Below, piece after piece: positions 25,008-36,877 of a stretch of DNA of 64,000 nucleotides. The number at the start of each line of letters is the position of its first letter. The stretch's first letter is position 1. Source of the stretch: Cenococcum geophilum (Eukaryota); assembly GCA_050273025.1 (NCBI GenBank), contig CP158636.1, positions 2,480,001-2,544,000 on the forward strand, written 5' to 3'. Under the pieces are notes generated by a model, which saw only the letters and a program-made list of their open reading frames with translations, ran no database searches and was not told the DNA's origin. Both the position numbers and the translations under genes were made by a program.

Positions 25008-27738
25008 CAGTATTGTCGATGATGAATGAATGAATAAATAGGCCAAATATCATATTCAATTCATAAGCCAATCAAAATATCGCGATATGAATGAATAATT
25101 GCGATATCTTAGATACAGGTAATATCGCCGGTCTTAGCATGGTGTAGTACTAAATTGATGTAGCCGACGTCTCCCTAGAGGCCTCTACCCCCCCCCCTAA
25201 CGTTTATCAGTAGATCTCTCCTCTAGCCCTGTATAATTCCTCCTCTTACCTATAACTTTAAGTACTCCGATCGCTTAATATTTACTGGCCTAAGCTTTAT
25301 CTATTACCAGCTAATTGTCCTTTAGGCTCCTGAAAATATTCGCTTTGGTTTAGTTAACATAGGTGGTATAGATAGGATATCTATCGCCATATGGTGGAGC
25401 GCTGGGTAGTTAATTTAATTACTTAAATTAAGCCACTAATTAAGGGCAGTAGTACTAGCAGGAAGATTAGTAGGAGAGGCGTTGATAAAGTGTTTAAATT
25501 TATCCTTAATTGTATTAAGGATTGACTGCTTCTTATTCCAAAGATTATACTCGTTAGGCTCCTAATCGCGAGTAATAGCTTCCTCCTCTTCTGCCCTACT
25601 CGTATACTTACCCTTATACTTATTTACCCAAAGCTTTTAGGCTGTATTAACTACTAGCTTCCTCTAGGCGGCTTTCCAGTTGCGATTAATATAGGCCTTC
25701 CTTCGGTAAGGAGCTAATAGCAAGGCTGCGCCGTATATAGCAACTTCGTTGGTCTTAAGGTAGTATTTATTAAAGGCGTGCTAGTTGGTTCGGATGCAGT
25801 CGCAGAGCTTTAGGTTAGTCGCGTACTTATATAGAGCTAATTTAAAGTGCTCTACTATAAAATCTATTGTATAAAGCACCTGGTTAAGAGTGGCCTTATC
25901 ACCTTCCGTTTCCTTTATAACTCTTTAGAAGGGCTATAGGAAGTCTTTAATATTTTTAAGAGCTCTCTAATTAGTGGCGTTAAGGATATTTTTCTTATTA
26001 AACTCCTTAATATACTGCTCTTAATATTTTATAATTGCGTCTTTTAATTCAAGAGCTACTAAGATTATATTATACCACGAGTTCCACTATATATTATTAT
26101 CCATAGGAATAGCTTAAAGAGTGGTCGCGATAAAGTAGTTATAGTAGGCGTTAGAGCTTTGAATATGTATAATAACGTTATGCACCTTTCTTAGAGGACC
26201 AATCTCGCGATAAATAAACTTGCTGGCCTTCCCTTTTTTAAACCTTTTAGCAAGGAGCTCCTTAATCTAATTGTCTTTAAGATCTAACTCTGCTTTAAGC
26301 TTCTCGCGAGCCTCCTTAAAGGCAGCGTTAACGGCTTCCTTATCCTCTAAGAAGAAGAAAGCTTATGCGGCTATATTAAGTATATGCCCGTGGCAGCAAA
26401 TATGGTATTGCTATAGATTATATTAAGCTTTTATTTTTGCCTCCTAAAGCCTCTTAAATAGCCCTTAAAGAAGTCTATTATTACTACCGTAATTATCGCC
26501 TATACAGTATCCAACTTTATTAAGTATTTGGTAGTCCTTAAGGACTTACCAGAGGACTTCCACTTGCTTATCGCCGCCGTATTTGCTAAGGAGGAAAGGT
26601 AGGGCAAGTAGAGCCTTCTGAAGTACGCCAGTATCGTTAATAAAGTAACTATAGATTGCAATAAAAGACTTTTAATTGGGCGAAGACTAGGCGTTAAGTA
26701 AGAGGTATATTAGGGTAAGAGAGTGACGTAGCTTCTGCTTAAGAACTTCCTTATTAAGGATATAGGATTCCTTAATTATTATAGGTACCGTAGTATAGAA
26801 ATCTATTAGAGCTTCCTCGTAGGTATAATTTACTATAAAAAGCAGCGCTTAAAGCTCCGGCCATGTTACTGCGTCATATAGTAGATTTTAAACTATAATT
26901 AGCTGTGCAAAAGCGTCGCGTATAAGAGCTAAATTAACGCTCTCTCTTAGTATAGTTTCCTTCTGCCTTTTAAGCTTCTGTATATAAAGCTCTCCCTACT
27001 TATGGAATAGGCCCTAAAGACTCTGCTTTATAGCCCGCTTAATAACTAAGTCCTCCTCCTTAATAACTACGCCGTGGGCGTTAAATAGATAAAAGCGTAT
27101 ATTTATAGTAACTACATTACGCTAAAATATACATTGCCTATAGTACCAATATTATCTTCCTTTACTATTTATAAGCGGCTTACTACTAATAGGCTTACGC
27201 GCGAGAGCCTATATATTTACAGCCCTAACTCTCCGTTTTTTATAGGCCTATTTAAAGGATTAGGGGGAGGATTTAGTAGGTATATTAGTAGAGGATAACG
27301 CGTTAGATTCTTTATTAGGATTCTTATCTTTAAAAAGCTCGCTTTTAATCTCAAATAATTCTAACTAGGCGTTAGAATTACTGTTGGAGTTAATAACAAT
27401 AGATTGCAAGGGAGAGGGAGGCATAGTACTAGATTGTAGGTAGTATTTAGGGGGGGGTGGTTAAATATATTATAGAAAGGAAGCATCTATAGGCGAGTCT
27501 AAAAAATTTGACTCTTGCGTATATATCAGAACGTATAGTGTAAAATTGGTCCTATATTTACACCTTAATACACTATAAAAGCTTCCTACTACACCATGAG
27601 AGCTTCAAGTCTCTATATATATTCATAATTTTATGAATATTCATTCATAAGGGCTGTCAAAATATTCAATTATTATTACTCCTTATGAATGAATATATCG
27701 TTATAAGGCAATGAATAAAAATATCATCGACAATACTG
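25008..27738 (-). mobile_element. hAT DNA transposon 3 with RIP-inactivated transposase
   Basis: Perfect 16-bp TIR cagtattgtcgatgat; 8-bp TSD ccggtagt at 25000-25007 and 27739-27746. Minus-strand motifs: VGYCIGDN, ICCHGHILNIAA, WNSWY, and the dimerisation domain YPALHHMAIDILSIPPM...RIFSGA. Confidence 0.95.
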
Positions 27739-28199
27739 CCGGTAGTGTGCTAGAAGAAGCCTCTGCTAACTGCGAGCTATTAGGGCTGCTACTGGATAGG
27801 CCGTGTCCCTCTTTCGATTTATATACAGCTGGGCTGTTCTGTTCCGAAAGTATAGAGGGTGATCGCATATCAGATAATAATGAGCCGATAACGGTAATTC
27901 CCTTCTACTCTCCCTGCAACATACTAACTTCGGACAACTGGTCTATACTCGTATGTTCCGGACTCGCAATTTGCGCCTTAACTCTGCTTACGTTTTTATC
28001 TTGTATACTCGTTCCTAGAACCCCAGAGGCCTGTTTAGCTAAATCAGGTTCGCGCATGTGATGTTCATTGCGTTTATCCTCGTGCTTCTGGACAGCGCGT
28101 TCTTTCTCCTCCTCCTCCTCCTCCTCTTGGAGCCGAATGGCGAGAGCTCGGTCGTACATTTCTTGCTCATTTTTGGTGAGAAATTGAGTCTCAGCTGCC

Positions 28200-29171
28200 T
28201 TCTCGGGAGAGTTTGCCCCCGTTTGGTCTTCTAGCAGCATACGGTTCTAACGTCGAGTACGCTTAACCTGAGTTTGTGCCGCAAGGGCAGTCCTCTAATC
28301 TGCCTCATTGAACCTAGCACCTGGCCTTACCCAGGTTATTTGCCTAGTATTGTGATCGACATAGTATGTCCCTAGGGAGCCTTCTCGGCGTTCCCAACCC
28401 CCCGGAAGACGTCTTTAAGCATCTTTAAAAGCGCTATATCCTGTATTCCTCCCTTTAGTACCGTTTTGGGTAGCTAGTAACATAGCGTTTGCGGGTATTA
28501 TGGGTCGAGTTAGCTGGGCTTGCCCTGGTTAACTTATCGGCTGAGGAAGATTTAAGGACAGGTTAAAGATGAGCTTTCTATAAAGGACTATGTTATCGTT
28601 AGACTTCTTAAAATTATGCGTGAATATCTCTAAGGTGGGGTTAGTATGAATGCGGGGACAAGAATACGTGTAATTGCCTTACCATCACCACTAGCGTCTA
28701 AATCCATTACGTTTCCTACCCGAACATTTATTACACCAAGGAAGCCTTAGTCCTTCTTCTTAAACTTCTTCTGGTTAAATATTTGAACGGCTAGCACGCT
28801 GTCCTCTGTTACTTTCCTATATAGACATTAGCGTTATTATTTAGCTTAATCAAAGCTAGTGTAGGCAGTACGTACATATCGAAGCTCTCATTCCAATAGG
28901 GGCTTAGGGTTTTCTTAATTACGCTTGTCATTCGAGTCTGCTCACCATTTACTGTTATAACAGTAAACGGGTCCGGATTTCCTATATCAACCTCGTTAGT
29001 AAATTACCGCCTAATAGAACCTTGGGATTCTTACTAAAGACATCCCGCTTATAAAGACTATCGGCAGCGATAACTTCGACTAGGTTAGCACTCTTATTCG
29101 AGCTTAACAGCAGGAAGGCAAAGGTAAGACGCACTTGTGACCCTTAGGTTGGGCTTACCCGCTCCGTCCAT
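28200..29171 (-). pseudogene. RSP5: partial duplicate of the RSP5/NEDD4-family E3 ligase N-terminus (C2 + WW1)
   Basis: [61 protein letters not shown]/...[30 protein letters not shown].../[50 protein letters not shown]. Introns at 29074-29134, 28982-29034, 28817-28875 and 28630-28682. Confidence 0.92.
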
Positions 29172-29789
29172 CTTATCGTATAGAGGTTAAATAATAATAA
29201 TAGCCGTCGTACTAACTCGAGGCTATAAAAGCCTTCGAGACCCTTATTCTTGTCCTGCCCGTATATTAGGGGGTATACATAACAACGATCTTAGTTGCCG
29301 GCAGTCCGTCAACGAGTGCCTTAGGGCTGGAGGTGGAAGGAACAGGCCGGGCTAAGAGATGGCCAGCGACAAAGGCGGAAAGGCGTCTCGCCGAATTAGT
29401 GTTGCAAAACGAATTAGAATCCTTGGCATGCGGATCCCCGATTTTTGCACCCAACCTTACGTATAAAACAGTAAGATCCCGCAAACCCTGGTCTCTACGC
29501 TCGGCAACATGCATAAAGGCTTCCCTTTCCAGCATGACACTCAGGCAAACCCCAAGTGCACACGAGAGGCTTCTATTATCACCTTATTATCACCTCCTTC
29601 TCTAAAAAGAAGGAAAAGGCATTTTCGTATAAATTTCGCTAAATATGCACCTTCTAAGCAGTCACTCTTCACGGTGCCAAGCCCTACACGGCACGGCAGA
29701 GGTGATTATCCTCAGCCTTTTCACTCATGTTTCGGCAACAAATACTACTCACGCTTCGGCAACGAATTTGACTGAGCGATACCGACTCT

Positions 29790-30661
29790 GTAAAACGGAC
29801 ATAGAGGTTGAAACCCTCCAAAGGACGTATGATCTAATTCGGGTCGACGCAGAGCCAACGCATGGGGCGCTTCAGCCCGCCTGGCCGGAGACACTCATTA
29901 CCATGGGTATTAGCATCTACACTGTCATCACCCTAGGCAAAATTTCTAGCTCTGTATGGAAGGTGGTCATCTTCAATGCCGTGATACCATTCCTCATAGT
30001 TTTGGCCTGGACCATATCATTCGTTGTTGCTGAAATCAACTATAAGACCGCAGGATGGATCTCATGTAATCTGGCAACATCGATTAACTTCTTAGCTACT
30101 TCAGACCAATACGAGGAGAGTGGCATTCAGAGCGGGATTGGAGGTTTGGCCTCGGGTCTCTGAGTCCTACTCGCTCTTTTCCAGTTTCTTGTGTCCTTTG
30201 CAATTGTCGATCAGCGTTTTGCTAAGCCAACCATCACGTACGGGGTTGGAAAGTTTAAAACGACGTTTAACATGACTCGTCTCGGGTCTGTCGCATATAA
30301 GATAACAGAGTTCCATGGCTGCGTGTCCCGGAACAGTACTACTTATTTGGAAAAGGGTGCAAGGTCAGATGTATTCAGAACCATACAAACTGTTCAGATC
30401 AATTATTCAGCGGTGGTTTTTATTATTCTTTTATGCGCCTTCAAAGGAAAGCATTCTGAGGTGCAGAAAGTGGTATTTGCTCCCTGCACTATACTTATCA
30501 GCTTTCCTCTCTTGGTCTACGAAGCGGTTATTGCTACCAAGGGAAGACCCGTTGTCATGTCTGGAAATTGTATGCTTGTTGAGCTTGATCCAAGACTTGG
30601 CTTTTTGGACTCTCAAATTGACAATTGGTGGAAAACTTTAGTCGGAAATACAGGACTATAA
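29790..30661 (+). pseudogene. multi-pass membrane protein with one internal TGA
   Basis: ORFs 29645..30163 and 30191..30661 are in the same frame, separated only by TGA at 30161-30163. Several hydrophobic segments; ends SGNCMLVELDPRLGFLDSQIDNWWK. Start codon uncertain. Confidence 0.6.
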
Positions 30662-30854
30662 TAATGTTAGCCTTCAAGCAGACTGAAGCGGTTGTTAGAG
30701 ATACGGTGGGGCTTTGTAGTGCGCTCCTTCTGGGGAATTTTCACTGTTGCCGCGAGCCAAGTCGCGTCCAAAGTCGTCTACGCGTTGGAATGATCCTACA
30801 TGATCAGGAATTTGTCCGCATACTATTTTCTATGAGGATCAGTGCCTCCCTTTA

Positions 30855-31230
30855 GCCCCTTAGGGACTAAATACCTCCGCCTAGCTAAGGGCGGTACATA
30901 GGTAAATTACTAAACCCCTTTACTACCCCCCTAGACCTCTTAAGATACCTTAAAAGTATAGTACGTAAAGTAGATATATTATTATAAAGGTATATAGACT
31001 AGGCGAAGGCGGAGCGTAAAAGACTAGCTAAAAGGATATACCTAAGTTTCTACTTATTAGGGATTTTTCCTATATATAGAAAGTAGAAGCCTATATAGAC
31101 CTAAAAAAGGGACCGAATCGGGCAATAAATAGAATTAATAATAAATAAAAGTATTTTATAGATCTAAATTATAAAACTTTCGAGGGTTGAATTAATTTAT
31201 AAAGTAGTTGTTAAGATTACTGGGAGTTAG
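30855..31230. repeat. AT-rich RIP-type remnant of an unidentified repeat
   Basis: Abrupt TA-rich, CA/TG-poor stretch at the border of the gene block; no termini identified. Confidence 0.45.
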
Positions 31231-31467
31231 AAATACTAATTTTTTATGTCAACACTACAGCGAACGGCAGTCTTGTTTAAGTTAGAGGATATTCTCTAAA
31301 GACAGTTTTCCCCAGGAATGGCGAAGGGATCCTATCGTATGCTCTGTTAGAGCTGCCTAGGTGCATACTCTAGAGGGGGCCCCTTCGACGAACTGTTGAC
31401 CTGGTCTTACACTGCGCACCGCCCGGGAGCCGTGCGATTTTTGCTTGTAAATGTATCCTTCTTACCT

Positions 31468-32481
31468 TCAATCTCCCTTGTCCAGTAGCTCTCCAGAAAG
31501 ACCCTCCAAAAACCTATTTGCCTGGGCCTTTCCCCTCTTCTCCTTAATAATCCTCTTCCTCTCCTCAACCTCCTTCCTTCTCTCCTCCTTCCTCCGTTCC
31601 CTCTCTCTCCTCCCTTTCTCCGTTTCCTCCCGCTCCCTCTCCAACGCCTCCATCTCCTTCTTCCTCGTCTCCGCATCCTTCGAGAACTGGAAGAATCCCA
31701 CCCCCTTGGACCGTACCTCCTTCTTCCCATCAAAATGCTCTTCCGGCGGCGGCGTAGCTTCCCTATCCCGCTTCGCCGCCAGCCTCGCCATCTGCTCCGC
31801 AACGGGCTCATCCGGATTGAACGCCGCCGCTTGAATCGTATCACCATATATGATCCGCTCCGGCGCCGCCGGCCGCGCCGTAAAGCGGTCTGGCTCGTCA
31901 GCCGCCAGGGTCTTCATCCTGCGCTCCTCCCTCGCCGCCTCAGCGCGGGTCCCACGCCGCGTGCGCCCAAACTCGTCTTGATACTCGACCAGCTCCTCCT
32001 CCTCGCTGTCCGCGTCGTCGTCCGAGGACGTGTCGTCTTTGGCGGCGCCGGCGGCTTCCTGCTCAGCCCACTTGCGGTCGAAGTCGACCATGAGCTTCTC
32101 GTCTGCGTCCTCGACGTCACCACGCTTCATGGCGGCATACAGCCGCGCCTTCTCTTCCATCTTGCGCTTCGAGCGGTGCCATGTTTCGTCGTCGAGCGCG
32201 GTGCCGGTCGTGCTGTGTTTTTGGGCGGAGTCGACATCGTCGAGATCTTTTAGCGCGCGTTTCCGCGTGTTCTTGTTGTGCGTGGCGAAGATGTCTTCCT
32301 TCTTAGGCCTCGGACGGCTGGCGGTTTGTTTAGCAGAGGTAGAGGAGGATGCGGTGCTGGAGGAGGCGATGAGAGAGGAGAGCTGTGACGTAAAGGCGAG
32401 GGTGGTCGACGAGGAGATCTCCTTCGCGGTAGTCTTACTCTTCGGTCGGATGCCGTAGAGCGAGGCGTCTTTCGTCGTCAT
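31468..32481 (-). CDS. DUF4078 / CCDC174-like coiled-coil protein
   Basis: ATG at 32481 (MTTKDASLYG). Motifs MEEKARLY, LMVDFDRKW, VEYQDEFGRTR and HFDGKKEVRSKGVGFFQFSKD...ALERERE. Single exon, 337 aa. Confidence 0.85.
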   Translation of the reverse strand: MTTKDASLYGIRPKSKTTAKEISSSTTLAFTSQLSSLIASSSTASSSTSAKQTASRPRPKKEDIFATHNKNTRKRALKDLDDVDSAQKHSTTGTALDDETWHRSKRKMEEKARLYAAMKRGDVEDADEKLMVDFDRKWAEQEAAGAAKDDTSSDDDADSEEEELVEYQDEFGRTRRGTRAEAAREERRMKTLAADEPDRFTARPAAPERIIYGDTIQAAAFNPDEPVAEQMARLAAKRDREATPPPEEHFDGKKEVRSKGVGFFQFSKDAETRKKEMEALEREREETEKGRRERERRKEERRKEVEERKRIIKEKRGKAQANRFLEGLSGELLDKGD

Positions 32482-32799
32482 GGCGGCCGGGGATGACTTT
32501 TGCTTGCTAGTGGAAATGCAGTTCGCGGTGTATTTCGGGCTTGTGATTGAGGCCCGGTGGTGTGGCATCGCCGACGTTTTGGCCGGCGGTGGCAGAACAG
32601 AATGGCGATCAAGGGCTACTGGTAGGGTTCCTGAACCACCCCACACTTAGTGAAAAGAAATCATCACGCTTCAAACTTTGCATGTCAAATTAGGACAAAA
32701 TTTTGTGAAAATCCCTCACAAACATACTCGAGGGGCTTTTAAATACCTTTGCTGGACACTTCAGATTTCAATTGCATTCTCAAACCTTTCAATCCCAAA

Positions 32800-33968
32800 A
32801 TGCCCCTCCCAAAACAGATATTTATCGCAGTCATAGGTATTTCCTCACCTGCTCAACTTTTAATGCTCTATTAACTCTCATAGGTGCCGGTGGTGTCGGC
32901 CGTTGCTTCCTTAACCAACTCCACCACCTTGCGTCCAACCTTTGCCAGAATCCCGCAGCCCCGACCTATCTCTCCCTGATCCTCCTCTCCACAAGTAAGA
33001 AATTGCTTCATAGCCCGGACTATCGCTCTCTTCACCTTGGCTTGTGGGAAGAAGAGCTCGCAGCTTCGGGAACGCCCGCATTGTCACCTACGGATCTCGC
33101 CGATTATCTCGCCAATGCACCAAGCAAAGTCGTGCTAGTCGACAACACCAGCAACCAAACACTAGCGGACGCGTACCCGCTATTTTTGAAGAAAGGCATA
33201 AGCATTGTGACGCCAAACAAGAAAGCTTTCTCGAGTAGCTACTTGCTCTGGAAGTCCATCTTCTCCGCCGCAGCGAATGGCTCCGGTGCGGGTGGTTATG
33301 TCTTCCACGAAAGCAGTGTTGGGGCTGGTCTGCCTGTCATCTGCACGCTTAAGGAACTTGTAGAAACTGGCGATGAGGTGAGGAAAATTGAGGGTGTGTT
33401 TTCAGGCACGATGAGCTTCTTGTTCAATAGCTTCATGCCCGTTGGTGGAGGGGGAGGCTCGTTCTCTGCAGAGGTTAAAAGAGCAAAAGAGCTAGGATAC
33501 ACCGAGCCAGATCCCAGGGATGACTTGAATGGACTGGATGTTGCCCGGAAGTTGACCATCCTGGCGAGATTAGCGGGATTGGAGGTCGAGAGCCCAACGA
33601 GCTTCCCAGTACAGAGCTTAATTCCCAAAGAGCTAGAGGGATGTAAGAGTGGGGACGAGTTCCTGGAGCGACTAAGCGAGTTTGACGGAAAGATGGAGAA
33701 GCTAAAGAAGGAAGCTGTGACTGAAGGTAAAGTGGTGAGGTTTGTGGGAAGTGTGGATGTCGCAAAGAAGGACGTCAAGGTCGGACTCGAGAAGTTTGAC
33801 GTGTCTCATCCAATTGCGGCGCTCAAGGGAAGTGATAACATCATCAGCTTTTACACGAAGCGGTACGGCGACAATCCGTTGATCATCCAAGGAGCAGGTG
33901 CTGGTGGTGAGGTAACAGCCATGGGTGTTACTGGAGATCTGATAAAGGTGCTGCGTCTGTTGCACTGA
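32800..33968 (+). CDS. HOM6: homoserine dehydrogenase
   Basis: Exon 1 32800-32836, intron 32837-32883, exon 2 32884-33968. Rossmann motif IGAGGVG, VDNTS, TPNKK, ESSVGAGLP, GYTEPDPRDDLNGLDVARK, GAGAGGEVTA. Confidence 0.96.
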
Positions 33969-36877
33969 GAGACGGATCTAGATATCTGATGGCGCTACGT
34001 TTTTGACCATCAAGATAGCGGGAACCTCGGATGTGCGATCACACATGGACGTGACTTTTGGATGCCTTAAGGCATACAGTATCCTTTTTGGGATGCTACA
34101 TAGCTCTCCCCACTAGACGCTGAGACATCCGGACAGGATTGAAGGGAAGGTAGTCAACTTCGGACACAGTTAGTATAGCCACAATTAAATCCAGTGACCT
34201 ATCAGACTCTCTTTTACTAAATCAGAAATCGAATACAGAGAGCCTCAACCACCACTAGTCGTAAAATTTTGCCTGAGACACCAGACGCGACTAATATCAA
34301 CCATAATTAGCTACTAACCTTCAGGCTCAAGCATTCATTGCCACGCAATTAGGATATCCTCAAATCAAAATCGGCCAAACTTTCACCTGATCCTTCCGAC
34401 CGGTTTGCATTACGTTTGAGAATACAAATTGGCACGTGAATTGGCACATGAATTGGCGTTTCTGTAACTTAATGCTGGTAAAAACATATTCATCGTTAGT
34501 CGAGATCGGAAATATACGGATACCTGAACTCCTCGTATTTCGATGCCGATCACTGAGAGGTAAAACTCCGCTGACCGCATGGTCTTGGAGACGAGCTTGG
34601 CCTGCATATCTCTGTAGTGATTGGCCAGCGGGGACATCTCATGGCCATTCGTTAGCACAGGATTTTCTTGGCAGCGAAGCAGGACGTTGGACTCCGCAAA
34701 TGCCCTCAGCCAATCTAACTTCTGCGGATTTGGAGAACTCTTGGGGCACGTAGGCGCGTGACGGAAATCGCCGACCTCACATGGCGATCACGGGGAGGGA
34801 GTGATAGCTGGTGGAGAGGGGCGGAGGTTAGAGGTTACAGTAGACGATCGGGGCGGCCAGAGCGAAAGTTCCCTGCTGTGGGGGCATTAGTGGCGTTGAG
34901 GCTGTGCCACGGGCTGCAGAGATTGTGGATCCGCAATCGCACATGTCACTTTTGGTTGCCCTGCTTGTCCGCGTGTGGAAGCGGGGCAACCTAATTACGT
35001 GCCACAGCACTAAATTGCGGCCTCGCAGCACAGCGTAACACAGTGCAGCCGACGGTCGGGGCATCTCCCGGCGAAGCGTTTGCTCGTCTCTACCGAAAAT
35101 AGGCTCGGCATCAGGCAAGTTTGCGACTCAGGCCCTTCCTGGAGATTTTGTGGCCTGTCAGACATGCGAGCATGCATGATTTGCCGCAGACAGGTAAGCT
35201 TCCGCAGCCTCGCAGGGTGAGCAAGGTGCAAACGTGTCCCAGCGACTTGTCAGGTCCGTGTAGCATTGATAAGTCCCGTCCTGTCGAAGAAGCAAGGAAG
35301 CGCTACTGGTTGGGCAGCAAGAATCGGGGTATCAAGTACGCAGCAGTCACCACATCATCGATGGAAGGCAACTCAGCTTACGATTTTCCTTGTGGATATG
35401 CACACCCGACCTCACGGGGAAATCAAGCCTGACCGAGGGAGGTCAAAATCGATATCAGAGACCCGAGGGAACATATTGTCAAGGCTGCATACATTTAGTG
35501 CAAAGATGAATCATGACTCGTTACCACTTCGACTCGACTCAACTCCACGTCTCCATCTCGACCAGGATGAAGGGACGGAGGACGTGACGGACGGAAGCTG
35601 TTGGCGCAGGTTCACCCCCAACCATGATGCCTCCCATCCACACCTTGTACCACGCCAACAAGGAGATGGTCGGGTTCAACCAGTAGACCCCGGTCCAGCC
35701 GTCGGCTTCCCATTAGCCAAGAAAAACAAGCTGTTATTCATCTGAGCCAGGCCCGGCAGTATCTCATCTCGGGATGATTGTCCAAGTGCCAGGCTGTCGA
35801 AAGGGGACGAAAAAGAGAAGGGTGTTGATAGGGGCTGAGGTCCAATCAGGAGGACACGTTCTGCCCCCTATCGCAGGGCGTTGGTGGATGGGGAGAGAGA
35901 TCGGTGAGGGCCGCCGCTAGGCCACCCTCGCAGTGTATTTGTGTGGCTTGCGAGGATGCAAGACGGCGTTCCGGCGGGCTGGGTTATGGATCTGCCAAGG
36001 CCACCTCTGCTCGAGAGAGACGTTGGCGGCCTTTTTCGCGTGCTCGTCCCGCCCCGGCGACAACAGCTTTCCAGCAGCCACCCAAGAAAATAAGCTTGGT
36101 GTTGAGGGAGCGAGCTTGTCATGATTTGCCCTGCTGACGGTTATTTACCCACCATGGCCACCATGCAAATAAAGCTCGCCGTAGCCCGCTGTCGCCCGCA
36201 CTCTTTCCCTAGAGTACTGCCCAAGGCTGACTGTACTTGCTGCCGCCGTTTGTCGCCAGCATTCCGTTGTTGTCATCATCACAGAGCTCCTTCGTAAGCT
36301 ACCCGTACCTGGCCAACCACTAATTTCCTATCTCACACTTACCCTCTCTGCTCCGTCCACTTCCGTTTGCTCACTGGCATCGATCAACAGCTAGCAATAG
36401 GCACGTGCCACACAACTGCCTATCGTCGTCGTTGTCGAAGAAACATATCCAACGGCCCAGACACCGCATATCGGATTTGCGCCTATCAGATCGTTAGCCC
36501 GCAGCAGTTTCACAGTCAGGATTTTGCGTTACATCAAACCACAGTTCTCCTGATAACGTTTTGGAAATCTGACACAATTTATCACACCACATCAATCCAT
36601 CTGGAAAACAAACGATTCACCCGCCGGTGACAGAAAAATACGTCACTATAACTTCCAAAGGAAGTCCATGCAACATCAGCTTTACCCCGACGCTCCACGA
36701 ACTCCCTTGCAAAGCCCCTAGCACCCGCCAAACGGTTGATCGATAAATCCCATTCATGCAAGCGGGTTAATTCACCTTTAAAAGTCTGCCGACGAGGCAG
36801 CCCGATACTAATATATCCCTACCGCACTCACGCCTAAGCCGCCGCAACCCACCAGCACCCATATCGCCGCAGCAAGC

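Larger units (their letters stand above)
12042..29171 (-). pseudogene. chimeric Rsp5-derived C2-WW / Ser-Thr protein kinase pseudogene split by hAT-3, copia-2 and hAT-2
   Basis: Segments 29171-27739 (4 introns), 24999-24287, 17928-17576 and 12576-12042 join in frame after removing each element and one TSD. Kinase motifs: ILGTRGFG*V (G-loop), YARKRI, EVEILKRLKHRHIV, HKDIKPQNILV, TNFG (ex-DFG), YCAPK (ex-APE), DIWSLG, RPTAAEL, FCGMCC. Stops are TAA/TAG, consistent with RIP of CAA/CAG/TGG. The 3' end is uncertain. Confidence 0.88.

Noticed and set aside
1..31300. Starship or other giant mobile element carrying these genes
   Set aside because: No DUF3435 tyrosine recombinase or element boundaries are visible in the window; it cannot be excluded beyond the left edge.
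32482..32799. N-terminal extensions in the ORF track (32646 minus, 32772 plus)
   Set aside because: Non-ATG starts. Better ATGs are at 32481 and 32800 (the latter with a 47-nt intron), and the interval is a shared divergent promoter.
34410..36630. Many 60-160-aa ORFs
   Set aside because: They overlap on both strands, lack domains and mostly have non-ATG starts, as expected by chance in GC-balanced intergenic DNA.
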